Assembly (NCBI RefSeq): GCF_009914755.1
Contig: NC_060940.1
Strand: one strand, 5' to 3'
DNA: 64,000 nt
DNA from: the human T2T-CHM13v2.0 reference genome, Homo sapiens
In this document: piece after piece, positions 30,164 through 44,500 of the stretch
Numbering within the stretch: the stretch's first letter is position 1
Layout of the letters: each line of letters starts with the position of its first letter
Made by a program: the position numbers and the translations under genes
The notes under the pieces: generated by a model
The model's database searches: none
Told to the model about the DNA's origin: nothing
Seen by the model: only the letters and a program-made list of their open reading frames with translations

Positions 30164-33100
30164 GAGTACATTAGATGATTCCATTCGATTCCATTCAATG
30201 ATGATTCTATTTGTGTCCCTTAGATGATTCCACATGATTCCATTAGATGATGATACTATTTGAGCCCATCCAATGATTCCCTTCGATTCCATTCGATGAG
30301 GATTCCATTCGATTCAATTCATTGGTGATTCTATTCAATTCAATTCTTTGATTCCATTCCATTCCATTCGACAATGATTCCATTCGATTTCTTTCGATGA
30401 TTCCACTCGATTCCACTTGACATTGATTCCATTCGATTCCATTCAATGATTCCATTTGATTCCAGTGGATGATGATTGCCATCGATTCCATTCGATCACT
30501 CCATTCTATTCCATTTGATGATGATTACATTCGATTCCATTTGATGATTCCATCTGATTCTATTCGAGGATTCCATTTGATTCCATTCGATGATGATTCC
30601 ATTCGAGTCCATTCGATGATTTCATTCGAGTACATCCAATGATTCCATTCGAGTCCATTAGATGATTCCATTTGATTCCATTTGAAAATGAATCTACTAG
30701 AGTCCATTCAATGACTCCATTCGAGTCCATTCAACAATTCCATTCGAGTCCATTCGATGATTCCATTCGATTCCATTTGATGGTTCCATTCGAGTCCATT
30801 TAATCATTACAGTCGAGTCCATTTGGTGATTCCACTGGATTTCTTTTGATAATGATACCATTCAATTACATTTGATGATGATCCCATTCAATTTCATTTG
30901 ATGATGATTCCATTAGAGTCCATTCGATGATTTCATTCGAGTCCCTTCATTGATTCCATCCGATTTCATTGGATGATGACTCCATTCGAGTCCATTCGAT
31001 GATTCCACTCGATTCCATTAGATGACTCCATTGGAGTCCATTTGATTGTTCCATTCGATTCCATTCGATTCCTTTCGAAGATTATTCCATTTGAGTCCAT
31101 TCGATGATGATTCCATTCCATTCCATTCGATGATTCCGTTTGATTCCATTCGATGATTCCCTTCGATTCCTTTCTTTGATGATTCCATTCCATTCCATTC
31201 AATGATTCCATTCGAATCTATTCCATGATGATTCCTTTCGATTCCATTCGCTGATGTTTCCGTTCAATTCCATTCGATGATGATTCCATTCGATTCCATT
31301 CATTGAGGATTCCATTTGATTCCATTCAATGATGATTCCATTCTATTCCATTCAATGATTGCATTCAATTCCATTCAATGATTATCCCCTTAGAGTAAAC
31401 TCAACGATTCCATTCAATACCATTCGATGATGATTCCTTTTGAGTCCATTCAATGATTTCATTCAAGTCCATTTGATGATTCCTTTCAATTCCATTCTAT
31501 GATGATTCCATTCGAGTCCATTCGATGATTCCATTCGATTGCATTCGATGATTCCATTATATTCCATTCAACGGTGATTCCATTCGAGTCCATTCCATGA
31601 TTCCATTAGAGTACATTTAATGATTGCTTTGTTTTCAATTCGAAGATGATTACATTGGATTCCATTCTATGATACCATTCGATTCCATTCAATGATGATT
31701 CCACTCAAATCCATTGGATGATTCCATTCGTGTCCATTCGGTGATTTCATTAGATTCCATTCGAGGATGATTCCATTCGATTCCATTCGATGATTCCATT
31801 CAATTCCATTCGATGATGATTCCATTCCAGTCCATATGATCATTCCATTTGATTTCATTCGATGATGATTCCATTCGATTCCATTCGACGATTCCATTCT
31901 ATTCCATTCGATGATGATTCCATTCGAGTCCATTCGATGATTCCATTCGAGTCCATTTAATGATTCCATTGGGTTCAATTCAATGATGATTACATTGGAT
32001 TCCGTTCTATGATTCCATTCAATTCCGTTCATTGACAATTTGATTCCATTCGATGATGATTCCATTTGAGTTCATTCGATGATTCTATTCGATTCTCTTC
32101 GATGGTGATTCAATTCTATTATATTGGATGATTCCATTCGATTCCATTTGATGTTGATTCAATTCGATTCTATTCGATGATGATTCCATTGGATTTCACT
32201 TGATGATTCTATTCGATTCCATTCAATGATGATTCACTTCTCGTCCATTGGATGATTCCATTTCATTCCATTCGATGATGATTCCATTCGATTCCATTCG
32301 ATGATTCCATTTGATTCCATGCGACGGTGAGCAATTCGATTCAATTCCATGATGATTCTATTTGATTCAATTAGATGATGTTTCCATTCGAATCCATTCC
32401 ATGATTATTCCATTGGAATCCATTCGGCGATGATTCCATATGAGTCAATTCAATGATGATTCCATATGGGTCCGTTCGATGATAATTCCATTTGATTTCA
32501 TTCGATGCTTCTATTCTATTCCAGTCGATGATGATTCCGTTGGAGTCCATACGATGATTCCATTTGATTTCATTTGATGATGATTCCATTCGATGATGAT
32601 TACATTGGATTCCATTCTATGATTCCATTCAATTCCATTCGTTGATGATTCGATTCCATTCAATGATGATTCCATTTGAGTTCATTCGATGATTCTATTC
32701 GATTCCGTTCGATGGTGATTCAATTCTATTATATTGGATGATTCCACTCGATTCCATTTGATGATTATTCCATTGGAGTCCACTTAGTTCATCCTTTAGA
32801 TTCTACTCGACGATGATTCCATTCGAGTCCATTCGATGATACCATTCAATTCCATTCGTTGATGCTTCCATTCAAGTGCATTCGATGATATCATTCGATT
32901 CCATTTGATGATAATTCCATTTGATTCCATGCGATGATTCTATTCGATTCCATTCAATGATAATTCCATTCAATTCAGTGATTCCTCTGGACTCCATTTG
33001 ATGATGATTCCATTCAATGATTCCATTCGATTCTATTCGAAAATGATTCCATTTGAATCCATTTGATGATGATTCCATTAGATTCCATTTGATGATTCCA

Positions 33101-35990
33101 TTCGATTCCATTCGACGATGATTCCATTCGATTCCGTTTGATGATTCCATTCTATTCTATTCGATGATGATTCCATTCGATTCCATTCGATGATGATTGG
33201 ATTCGATTCCATTTGATGATTTCATTTGATTCCATTCGTTAATGATTTCGATCAATTCCATTCGATGATTCCATTCGATTCCATTCGATAATGATTACAT
33301 CCGAGTCCATTCGATGATTCCCTTTGAGCCTGTTCGATAATTCCATTTGAGTCCAACCAATGATTCCATTCATTTCCATTCAATGATTCCATTCGAGTCC
33401 ATTTGATCATTCCGGTAGGGTCCATTCGATGTTGATTCCATTGGAGTGCATTCGATGATTCCATTCGAGTCCATTTTAGGATTTGATTCGAGTCCTTTCG
33501 ATGATTCCATTCGATTCCACTCGATGATGATTTCATTCGAGTCCATTCGACACTTCCAATCGATTCCATTTGATGATTCCATTCGAGTCCAATTGATGAT
33601 TCCATTCAATTCCATTCGATGATGATTCCGTACGATTCCATTCTGTGATGATTCCATGTGATTGCATTCAATGATGATTCCTTTCGATTGCATTCGATTA
33701 TGATTCATTTCGTGTTCATTCTATGGTTCCACAGGTTTCCATTCGTGTCCATTCCATTATTCCATTCTATTCCATTTGATGATGATTCCATTCGATTCCA
33801 TTCATTGGTGATTCCACTCAATTCCATTCAATGATTCCATTCCATTTCTTTCAACAATGATTCCATTAGTTTCTAATCGAGGATCCACTTGATTCCATTT
33901 GACGACGATTCCATTCTTGTCCATTCGATGATTCCATTTGATTCCATATGATGATGATTCCATTCGATTCCATACCATGATGATTCCCTTCGAGTCCATT
34001 CAATGGTGATTCCATTCAATTCCATTCGATGATTCCTTTTGATTCCATTCGATGATGATGGCATTCGATTCCTTTCAATCATTCCCTTTGATTCCATTCA
34101 AAGGTGATTTCATTCAAGTCCATTCGATAATTGCATTCGATTCCATTCTATGATGATTCCATTCGAGTCCATTTGATGATTCCATTCAATTCAAGTCAAT
34201 GATGATTCCATTCGATTCCATTCGATGATTCCATTGGATTCCATTCGATGATGATTCCATTCAAATCCATTCGATAATTCAATTCAAGTCCATTCGATGA
34301 TGATTCCAATCGAATCCATTCAAAGATTCCATTCAGTTCCATTCGATGATTCCCTTAGATTCCATTCGATGATTCCACTTGATTGCATTTACGATGATTC
34401 CATTCGATTCCATGTGATGATTCCATTCAATTCTATTCAATGATGTCTCCATTTGATTCCATTCGACCATGATTGCCTTTGATTCCATTCAGTGATTCCA
34501 TTCGGTTCCGTTTGATGATGATTCCGTTCGATTCCATTTGATGATTCCATTTGATTCCATTGGATGAGTCCATTCGATTACATTCGATGATTATTCCATT
34601 CGAGTGCATTAGATGATTCCATTCGAGTCCATTCGATGATTCCATTCGATTCCATTCGATGTTGATTCTGTTCAAATCCATTCGATGATTCCACTCGATT
34701 CCATTCGTTGACTCCATTTGATCCCATTCGATGATTTCCTTTGATTCCCTTTGATGATCATTCCATTTGATTCAATTCGGTGATTTCATTTGATTCCATT
34801 CAGTGATGTTTCCATTCGACTCCATTCGATGATGATTCCATTCGACTCCATTCGATTATGATTTCATTCAATTCCATTCGATAATGATTCCCTTCGAGTC
34901 CATTCGATGATTCCATTCGATTCCATTCAACGATGATTTGATTCGTGTCCATTCGATGATTCCATTTGATTCCACTTGATGATGATTCCATTCGAGTCCA
35001 TTTGATGATTCCATTCAATTCCATACTCCGATGATTTCTTTTGAGCCCACTCAATGCTTCCACTCGATTCCATATGATGATGACTCCATTCGATGAAATT
35101 CGATGATGATTCCATTCGCTTGCTTTCGATGATGATTCCACTTGAGTCCGTTAGAAGATTCTATTCAATTACATTCCAGGACGATTCCGTTCGAGTCCAT
35201 TTGATGATTCCATTAGACTCCATTCGACGATGATTCCATTCGATGTTATTCGATGATTCCATTCGATCTCATTCGATGATGATTCCATTCAACTCCATTC
35301 GATGTTTCCATTCGAGTTCATTCTATTATTCCATTAGATTCCATTCGATGATGATTCCATTCGATTCCATTTGATGATTGCATTCTATTTCATTTGATGA
35401 TGATTCCATTCGAGTCCACTCGATGATTCCATTCGAGTCCATTTAATGAATCCATTGGTTTCAATTCTATGATGATTACATTGGATTCCATTCGTTGATG
35501 ATTTCATTCGGTTCCATTCAATGATGATTCCATTCAATTCCTTTCAATGTTTCCATTCAATTCCATACGATGATGATTCCATTTGATTTGATTCGACAGT
35601 GAGCCATTCGATTCAATTCCATGATGATTCTATTTGATTCAATTGGTTGACATTTCCATTCGATTCCATTCGATGATGATTCCCTTTGATTCCGTTCAAA
35701 GATGATTCCATTCTAGCCCATTCAATCATTCCATTCGATTCTATTCAATGATGATTCCATTCATGTCGATTTGGTGATTCCATTTGACTTCATTTGATGA
35801 TGATTCCTTTCAAGTTCATTAGATGATTCCATTCGATTCCATTTGATGATGATCCCATTCGAGTCCATTCAGTGATTCCATTCGTTTCTATTCCATGATG
35901 ATTCCATTCCTTTCCATTCAATGATTCCATTCGATTCCGTTTGATGATGATTTCATTGGAGTCCATTTGATGATTCCATTTGATTCCATT
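30164..35990 (+). repeat. 6.1-kb unit copy 6 (last ~285 bp lost in an 804-bp deletion)
   Basis: Collinear with copy 5 at +6112 until ~35990, then jumps to the GATTCTACTAGAG segment normally at unit position ~520. Confidence 0.9.
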
Positions 35991-38900
35991 TGATAATGAT
36001 TCTACTAGAGTCCATTCAATGACTCCATTGGAGTCCATTCAACAATTCCATTCGACTCCATGTGATGATTCCATTGGATTCCATTTGATGATTCCATTCG
36101 AGTCCATTTAATCATTACAGTCGAGTCCATTTGGTGATTCCACCGGATTTCTTTTGATAATGATACCATTCAATTACATTTGATGATGATCCCATTCAAT
36201 TTCATTTGATGATGATTCCATTAGAGTCCATTCGATGATTTCATTCGAGTCCCTTCATTGATTCCATCCGATTTCATTGGATGATGACTCCATTCGAGTC
36301 CATTCGATGATTCCACTCGATTCCATTAGATGATTCCATTGGAGTCCATTTGATTGTTCCATTCGATTCCATTCGATTCCTTTCGAAGATTATTCCATTT
36401 GAGTCCATTCGATGATGATTCCATTCCATTCCATTCGATGATTCCGTTTGATTCCATTCGATGATTCCCTTCGATTCCTTTCTTTGATGATTCCATTCCA
36501 TTCCATTCAATGATTCCATTCGAATCTATTCCATGATGATTCCTTTCGATTCCATTCGCTGATGTTTCCGTTCAATTCCATTCGATGATGATTCCATTCG
36601 ATTCCATTCATTGAGGATTCCATTTGATTCCATTCAATGATGATTCCGTTCTATTCCATTCAATGATTGCATTCAATTACATTCAGTGATTATCCCCTTA
36701 GAGTAAACTCAACGATTCCATTCAATACCATTCGATGATGATTCCTTTTGAGTCCATTCAATGATTTCATTCAAGTCCATTTGATGATTCCTTTCAATTC
36801 CATTCTATGATGATTCCATTCGAGTCCATTCGATGATTCCATTCGATTGCATTCGATGATTCCATTATATTCCAGTCAACGATGATTCCATTCGAGTCCA
36901 TTCGATGATTCCATTAGAGTACATTTAATGATTGCTTTGTTTTCAATTCGAAGATGATTACATTGGATTCCATTCTATGATACCATTCGAATCCATTCAA
37001 TGATGATTCCACTCAAATCCATTGGATGATTCCATTCGTGTCCATTCGATGATTTCATTAGATTCCATTCGAGGATGATTCCATTCGATTCCATTCGATG
37101 ATTCCATTCAATTCCATTCGAGGATAATTCCATTCCAGTCCATATGATCATTCCATTTGATTTCATTCGATGATGATTCCATTCGATTCCATTCGATGAT
37201 TCCATTCTATTCCATTCGATGATGATTCCATTCGAGTCCATTCGATGATTCCATTCGAGTCCATTTAATGATTCCATTGGGTTCAATTCAATGATGATTA
37301 CATTGGATTCCGTTCTATGATTCCATTCAATTCCGTTCATTGACAATTTGATTCCATTCGATGATGATTCCATTTGAGTTTATTCGATGATTCTATTCGA
37401 TTCTCTTCGATGGTGATTCAATTCTATTATATTGGATGATTCCATTCGATTCCATTTGATGTTGATTCAATTCGATTCTATTCGATGATGATTCCATTGG
37501 ATTTCACTTGATGATTCTATTCGATTCCATTCAATGATGATTCACTTCTCGTCCATTGGATGATTCCATTTCATTCCATTCGATGATGATTCCATTCGAT
37601 TCCATTCGATGATTCCATTTGATTCCATGCGTCGGTGAGCAATTCGATTCAATTCCATGATGATTCTATTTGATTCAATTAGATGATGTTTCCATTCGAA
37701 TCCATTCCATGATTATTCCATTGGAATCCATTCGGCGATGATTCCATATGAGTCAATTCAATGATGATTCCATATGGGTCCGTTCGATGATAATTCCATT
37801 TGATTTCATTCGATGCTTCTATTCAATTCCAGTCGATGATGATTCCGTTGGAGTCCATACGATGATTCCATTTGATTTCATTTGATGATGATTCCATTCG
37901 ATGATGATTACATTGGATTCCATTCTATGATTCCATTCAATTCCATTCGTTGATGATTCGATTCCATTCAATGATGATTCCATTTGAGTTCATTCGATGA
38001 TTCTATTCGATTCCGTTCGGTGGTGATTCAATTCTCTTATATTGGATGATTCCACTCGATTCCATTTGATGATTATTCCATTGGAGTCCACTTAGGGAAT
38101 CCTTCAGATTCTTCTCGAAGATGATTCCATTCAAGTCCATTCAATCATACCATTCAATTTCATTCGTTGATGCTTCCATTCAAGTGCATTCGATGATATC
38201 ATTCGATTCCATTTGATGATAATTCCATTTGATTCCATGCGATGATTCTATTCGATTCCATTCAATGATAATTCCATTCAGTTCAGTGATTCCTCTGAAC
38301 TCCATTTGATGATGATTCCATTCAATGATTCCATTCGATTCTATTCCAAAATGATTCCATTTGAATCCATTTGATGATGATTCCATTAGATTCCATTTGA
38401 TGATTCCATTCGATTCCATGCGACGATGATTCCATTCGATTCCATGTGATGATTCCATTCTATTCTATTCGATGATGATTCCATTCGATTCCATTCGATG
38501 ATGATTGGATTCGATTCCATTTGATGATTTCATTTGATTCCATTCGTTAATGATTTCGATCAATTCCATTCGATGATTCCATTCGATTCCATTCGATAAT
38601 GATTACATCCGAGTCCATTCGATGATTCCCTTTGAGCCTGTTCGATAATTCCATTTGAGTCCAACCAATGATTCCATTCATTTCCATTCAATGATTCCAT
38701 TCGAGTCCATTTGATCATTCCGGTAGGGTCCATTCGATGTTGATTCCATTGGAGTGCATTCGATGATTCCATTCGAGTCCATTTTAGGATTTGATTCGAG
38801 TCCTTTCGATGATTCCATTCGATTCCACTCGATGATGATTTCATTCGAGTCCATTCGACACTTCCAATCGATTCCATTTGATGATTCCATTCGAGTCCAA

Positions 38901-41583
38901 TTGATGATTCCATTCAATTCCATTCGATGATGATTCCGTACGATTCCATTCTGTGATGATTCCATGTGATTGCATTCAATGATGATTCCTTTCGATTGCA
39001 TTCGATTATGATTCATTTCGTGTTCATTCTATGGTTCCACAGGTTTCCATTCGTGTCCATTCCATTATTCCATTCTATTCCATTTGATGATGATTCCATT
39101 CGATTCCATTCATTGGTGATTCCACTCAATTCCATTCAATGATTCCATTCCATTTCTTTCAACAATGATTCCATTAGTTTCTAATCGATGATCCACTTGA
39201 TTCCATTTGACGACGATTCCATTCTTGTCCATTCGATGATTCCATTTGATTCCATATGATGATGATTCCATTCGATTCCATACCATGATGATTCCATTCG
39301 AGTCCATTCAATGGTGATTCCATTCAATTCCATTCGATGATTCCTTTTGATTCCATTCGATGATGATGGCATTCGATTCCTTTCAATCATTCCCTTTGAT
39401 TCCATTCAAAGGTGATTTCATTCAAGTCCATTCGATAATTGCATTCGATTCCATTCTATGATGATTCCATTCGAGTCCATTTGATGATTCCATTCAATTC
39501 AAGTCAATGATGATTCCATTCGATTCCATTCGATGATTCCATTGGATTCCATTCGATGATGATTCCATTCAAATCCATTCGATAATTCAATTCAAGTCCA
39601 TTCGATGATGATTCCAATCGAATCCATTCAAAGATTCCATTCAGTTCCATTCGATGATTCCCTTAGATTCCATTCGATGATTCCACTTGATTGCATTTAC
39701 GATGATTCCATTCGATTCCATGTGATGATTCCATTCAATTCTATTCAATGATGTCTCCATTTGATTCCATTCGACCATGATTGCCTTTGATTCCATTCAA
39801 TGATTCCATTCGGTTCCGTTTGATGATGATTCCGTTCGATTCCATTTGATGATTCCATTTGATTCCATTGGATGAGTCCATTCGATTACATTCGATGATT
39901 ATTCCATTCGAGTGCATTAGATGATTCCATTCGAGTCCATTCGATGATTCTATTCGATTCCATTCGATGTTGTTTCTGTTCAAATCCATTCGATGATTCC
40001 ACTCGATTCCATTCGATGACTCCATTTGATCCCATTCGATGATTTCCTTTGATTCCCTTTGATGATCATTCCATTTGATTCAATTCGGTGATTTCATTTG
40101 ATTCCATTCAGTGATGTTTCCATTAGACTCCATTCGATGATGATTCCATTCGACTCCATTCGATTATGATTTCATTCAATTCCATTCGATAATGATTCCC
40201 TTCGAGTCCATTCGATGATTCCATTCGATTCCATTCAACGATGATTTGATTCGTGTCCATTCGATGATTCCATTTGATTCCACTTGATGATGATTCCATT
40301 CGAGTCCATTTGATGATTCCATTCAATTCCATACTCCGATGATTTCTTTTGAGCCCACTCAATGCTTCCACTCGATTCCATATGATGATGACTCCATTCG
40401 ATGAAATTCGATGATGATTCCATTCGCTTGCTTTCGATGATGATTCCACTTGAGTCCGTTAGAAGATTCTATTCAATTACATTCCAGGACGATTCCGTTC
40501 GAGTCCATTTGATGATTCCATTAGACTCCATTCGACGATGATTCCATTCGATGTTATTCGATGATTCCATTCGATCTCATTCGATGATGATTCCATTCAA
40601 CTCCATTCGATGTTTCCATTCGAGTTCATTCTATTATTCCATTAGATTCCATTCGATGATGATTCCATTCGATTCCATTTGATGATTGCATTCTATTTCA
40701 TTTGATGATGATTCCATTCGAGTCCACTCGATGATTCCATTCGAGTCCATTTAATGAATCCATTGGTTTCAATTCTATGATGATTACATTGGATTTCATT
40801 CGTTGATGATTTCATTCGGTTCCATTCAATGATGATTCCATTCAATTCCTTTCAATGTTTCCATTCAATTCCATACGATGATGATTCCATTTGATTTGAT
40901 TCGACAGTGAGCCATTCGATTCAATTCCATGATGATTCTATTTGATTCAATTGGTTGACATTTCCATTCGATTCCATTCGATGATGATTCCCTTTGATTC
41001 CATTCAAAGATGATTCCATTCTAGCCCATTCAATCATTCCATTCGATTCTATTCAATGATGATTCCATTCACGTCGATTTGGTGATTCCACTTGACTTCA
41101 TTTGATGATGATTCCTTTCAAGTTCATTAGATGATTCCATTCGATTCCATTTGATGATGATCCCATTCGAGTCCATTCAGTGATTCCATTCGTTTCCATT
41201 CCATGATGATTCCATTCCATTCCATTCAATGATTCCATTCGATTCCGTTTGATGATGATTTCATTCGAGTCCATTTAATGATTCCATTTGATTCCATTCG
41301 ATGATGATTCCATTCGAGTCCATTCGATGATTCTATTCGAATCCATTTGATGATTTCTTTTGATTATAGTTGGTGATGATTCCATTGGAGTCCATTCAAT
41401 GATTCCATTCGATTCCAATCGATGATGATTCCATTAGAGTCCATTTAATGTTTCCATTTGATTCCAGTCTCTGATGATTACATTCGAGTCCATACGATGA
41501 TTCCACTCAATTCCATATGATGATGATTCCATTTGATTCCATTCGGTGATTCCATTCTATTCTATTCAATGGTGATTCCATTC
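35991..41583 (+). repeat. 6.1-kb unit copy 7 (first ~519 bp lost; mosaic variant pattern)
   Basis: Anchor absent near 36276; next anchor at 41584; 41584-30164=11420=2x6112-804. Confidence 0.9.
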
Positions 41584-44500
41584 GAGTACATTAGATGATT
41601 CCATTCGATTCCATTCAATGATGATTCTATTTGTGTCCCTTAGATGATTCCACATGATTCCATTAGATGATGATACTATTTGAGCCCATCCAATGATTCC
41701 CTTCGATTCCATTCGATGAGGATTCCATTCGATTCAATTCATTGGTGATTCTATTCAATTCAATTCTTTGATTCCATTCCATTCCATTCGACAATGATTC
41801 CATTCGATTTCTTTCGATGATTCCACTCGATTCCACTTGACATTGATTCCATTCGATTCCATTCAATGATTCCATTTGATTCCAGTGGATGATGATTGCC
41901 ATCGATTCCATTCGATCACTCCATTCTATTCCATTTGATGATGATTACATTCGATTCCATTTGATGATTCCATCTGATTCTATTCGAGGATTCCATTTGA
42001 TTCCATTCGATGATGATTCCATTCGAGTCCGTTCGATGATTTCATTCGAGTACATCCAATGATTCCATTCGAGTCCATTAGATGATTCCATTTGATTCCA
42101 TTTGATAATGATTCTACTAGAGTCCATTCAATGACTCCATTCGAGTCCATTCAACAATTCCATTCGACTCCATTCGATGATTCCATTCGATTCCATTTGA
42201 TGGTTCCATTCGAGTCCATTTAATCATTACAGTCGAGTCCATTTGGTGATTCCACCGGATTTCTTTTGATAATGATACCATTCAATTACATTTGATGATG
42301 ATCCCATTCAATTTCATTTGATGATGATTCCATTAGAGTCCATTCGATGATTTCATTCGAGTCCCTTCATTGATTCCATCCGATTTCATTGGATGATGAC
42401 TCCATTCGAGTCCATTCGATGATTCCACTCGATTCCATTAGATGATTCCATTGGAGTCCATTTGATTGTTCCATTCGATTCCATTCGATTCCTTTCGAAG
42501 ATTATTCCATTTGAGTCCATTCGATGATGATTCCATTCCATTCCATTCGATGATTCCGTTTGATTCCATTCGATGATTCCCTTCGATTCCTTTCTTTGAT
42601 GATTCCATTCCATTCCATTCAATGATTCCATTCGAATCTATTCCATGATGATTCCTTTCGATTCCATTCGCTGATGTTTCCGTTCAATTCCATTCGATGA
42701 TGATTCCATTCGATTCCATTCATTGAGGATTCCATTTGATTCCATTCAATGATGATTCCGTTCTATTCCATTCAATGATTGCATTCAATTCCATTCAGTG
42801 ATTATCCCCTTAGAGTAAACTCAACGATTCCATTCAATACCATTCGATGATGATTCCTTTTGAGTCCATTCAATGATTTCATTCAAGTCCATTTGATGAT
42901 TCCTTTCAATTCCATTCTATGATGATTCCATTCGAGTCCATTCGATGATTCCATTCGATTGCATTCGATGATTCCATTATATTCCAGTCAACGATGATTC
43001 CATTCGAGTCCATTCGATGATTCCATTAGAGTACATTTAATGATTGCTTTGTTTTCAATTCGAAGATGATTACATTGGATTCCATTCTATGATACCATTC
43101 GATTCCATTCAATGATGATTCCACTCAAATCCATTGGATGATTCCATTCGTGTCCATTCGGTGATTTCATTAGATTCCATTCGAGGATGATTCCATTCGA
43201 TTCCATTCGATGATTCCATTCAATTCCATTCGAGGATGATTCCATTCCAGTCCATATGATCATTCCATTTGATTTCATTCGATGATGATTCCATTCGATT
43301 CCATTCGATGATTCCATTCTATTCCATTCGATGATGATTCCATTCGAGTCCATTCGATGATTCCATTCGAGTCCATTTAATGATTCCATTGGGTTCAATT
43401 CAATGATGATTACATTGGATTCCGTTCTATGATTCCATTCAATTCCGTTCATTGACAATTTGATTCCATTCGATGATGATTCCATTTGAGTTCATTCGAT
43501 GATTCTATTCGATTCTCTTCGATGGTGATTCAATTCTATTATATTGGATGATTCCATTCGATTCCATTTGATGTTGATTCAATTCGATTCTATTCGATGA
43601 TGATTCCATTGGATTTCACTTGATGATTCTATTCGATTCCATTCAATGATGATTCACTTCTCGTCCATTGGATGATTCCATTTCATTCCATTCGATGATG
43701 ATTCCATTCGATTCCATTCGATGATTCCATTTGATTCCATGCGTCGGTGAGCAATTCGATTCAATTCCATGATGATTCTATTTGATTCAATTAGATGATG
43801 TTTCCATTCGAATCCATTCCATGATTATTCCATTGGAATCCATTCGGCGATGATTCCATATGAGTCAATTCAATGATGATTCCATATGGGTCCGTTCGAT
43901 GATAATTCCATTTGATTTCATTCGGTGCTTCTATTCAATTCCAGTCGATGATGATTCCGTTGGAGTCCATACGATGATTCCATTTGATTTCATTTGATGA
44001 TGATTCCATTCGATGATGATTACATTGGATTCCATTCTATGATTCCATTCAATTCCATTCGTTGATGATTCGATTCCATTCAATGATGATTCCATTTGAG
44101 TTCATTCGATGATTCTATTCGATTCCGTTCGGTGGTGATTCAATTCTCTTATATTGGATGATTCCACTCGATTCCATTTGATGATTATTCCATTGGAGTC
44201 CACTTAGGGAATCCTTCAGATTCTTCTCGAAGATGATTCCATTCAAGTCCATTCAATCATACCATTCAATTTCATTCGTTGATGCTTCCATTCAAGTGCA
44301 TTCGATGATATCATTCGATTCCATTTGATGATAATTCCATTTGATTCCATGCGATGATTCTATTCGATTCCATTCAATGATAATTCCATTCAGTTCAGTG
44401 ATTCCTCTGAACTCCATTTGATGATGATTCCATTCAATGATTCCATTCGATTCTATTCCAAAATGATTCCATTTGAATCCATTTGATGATGATTCCATTA

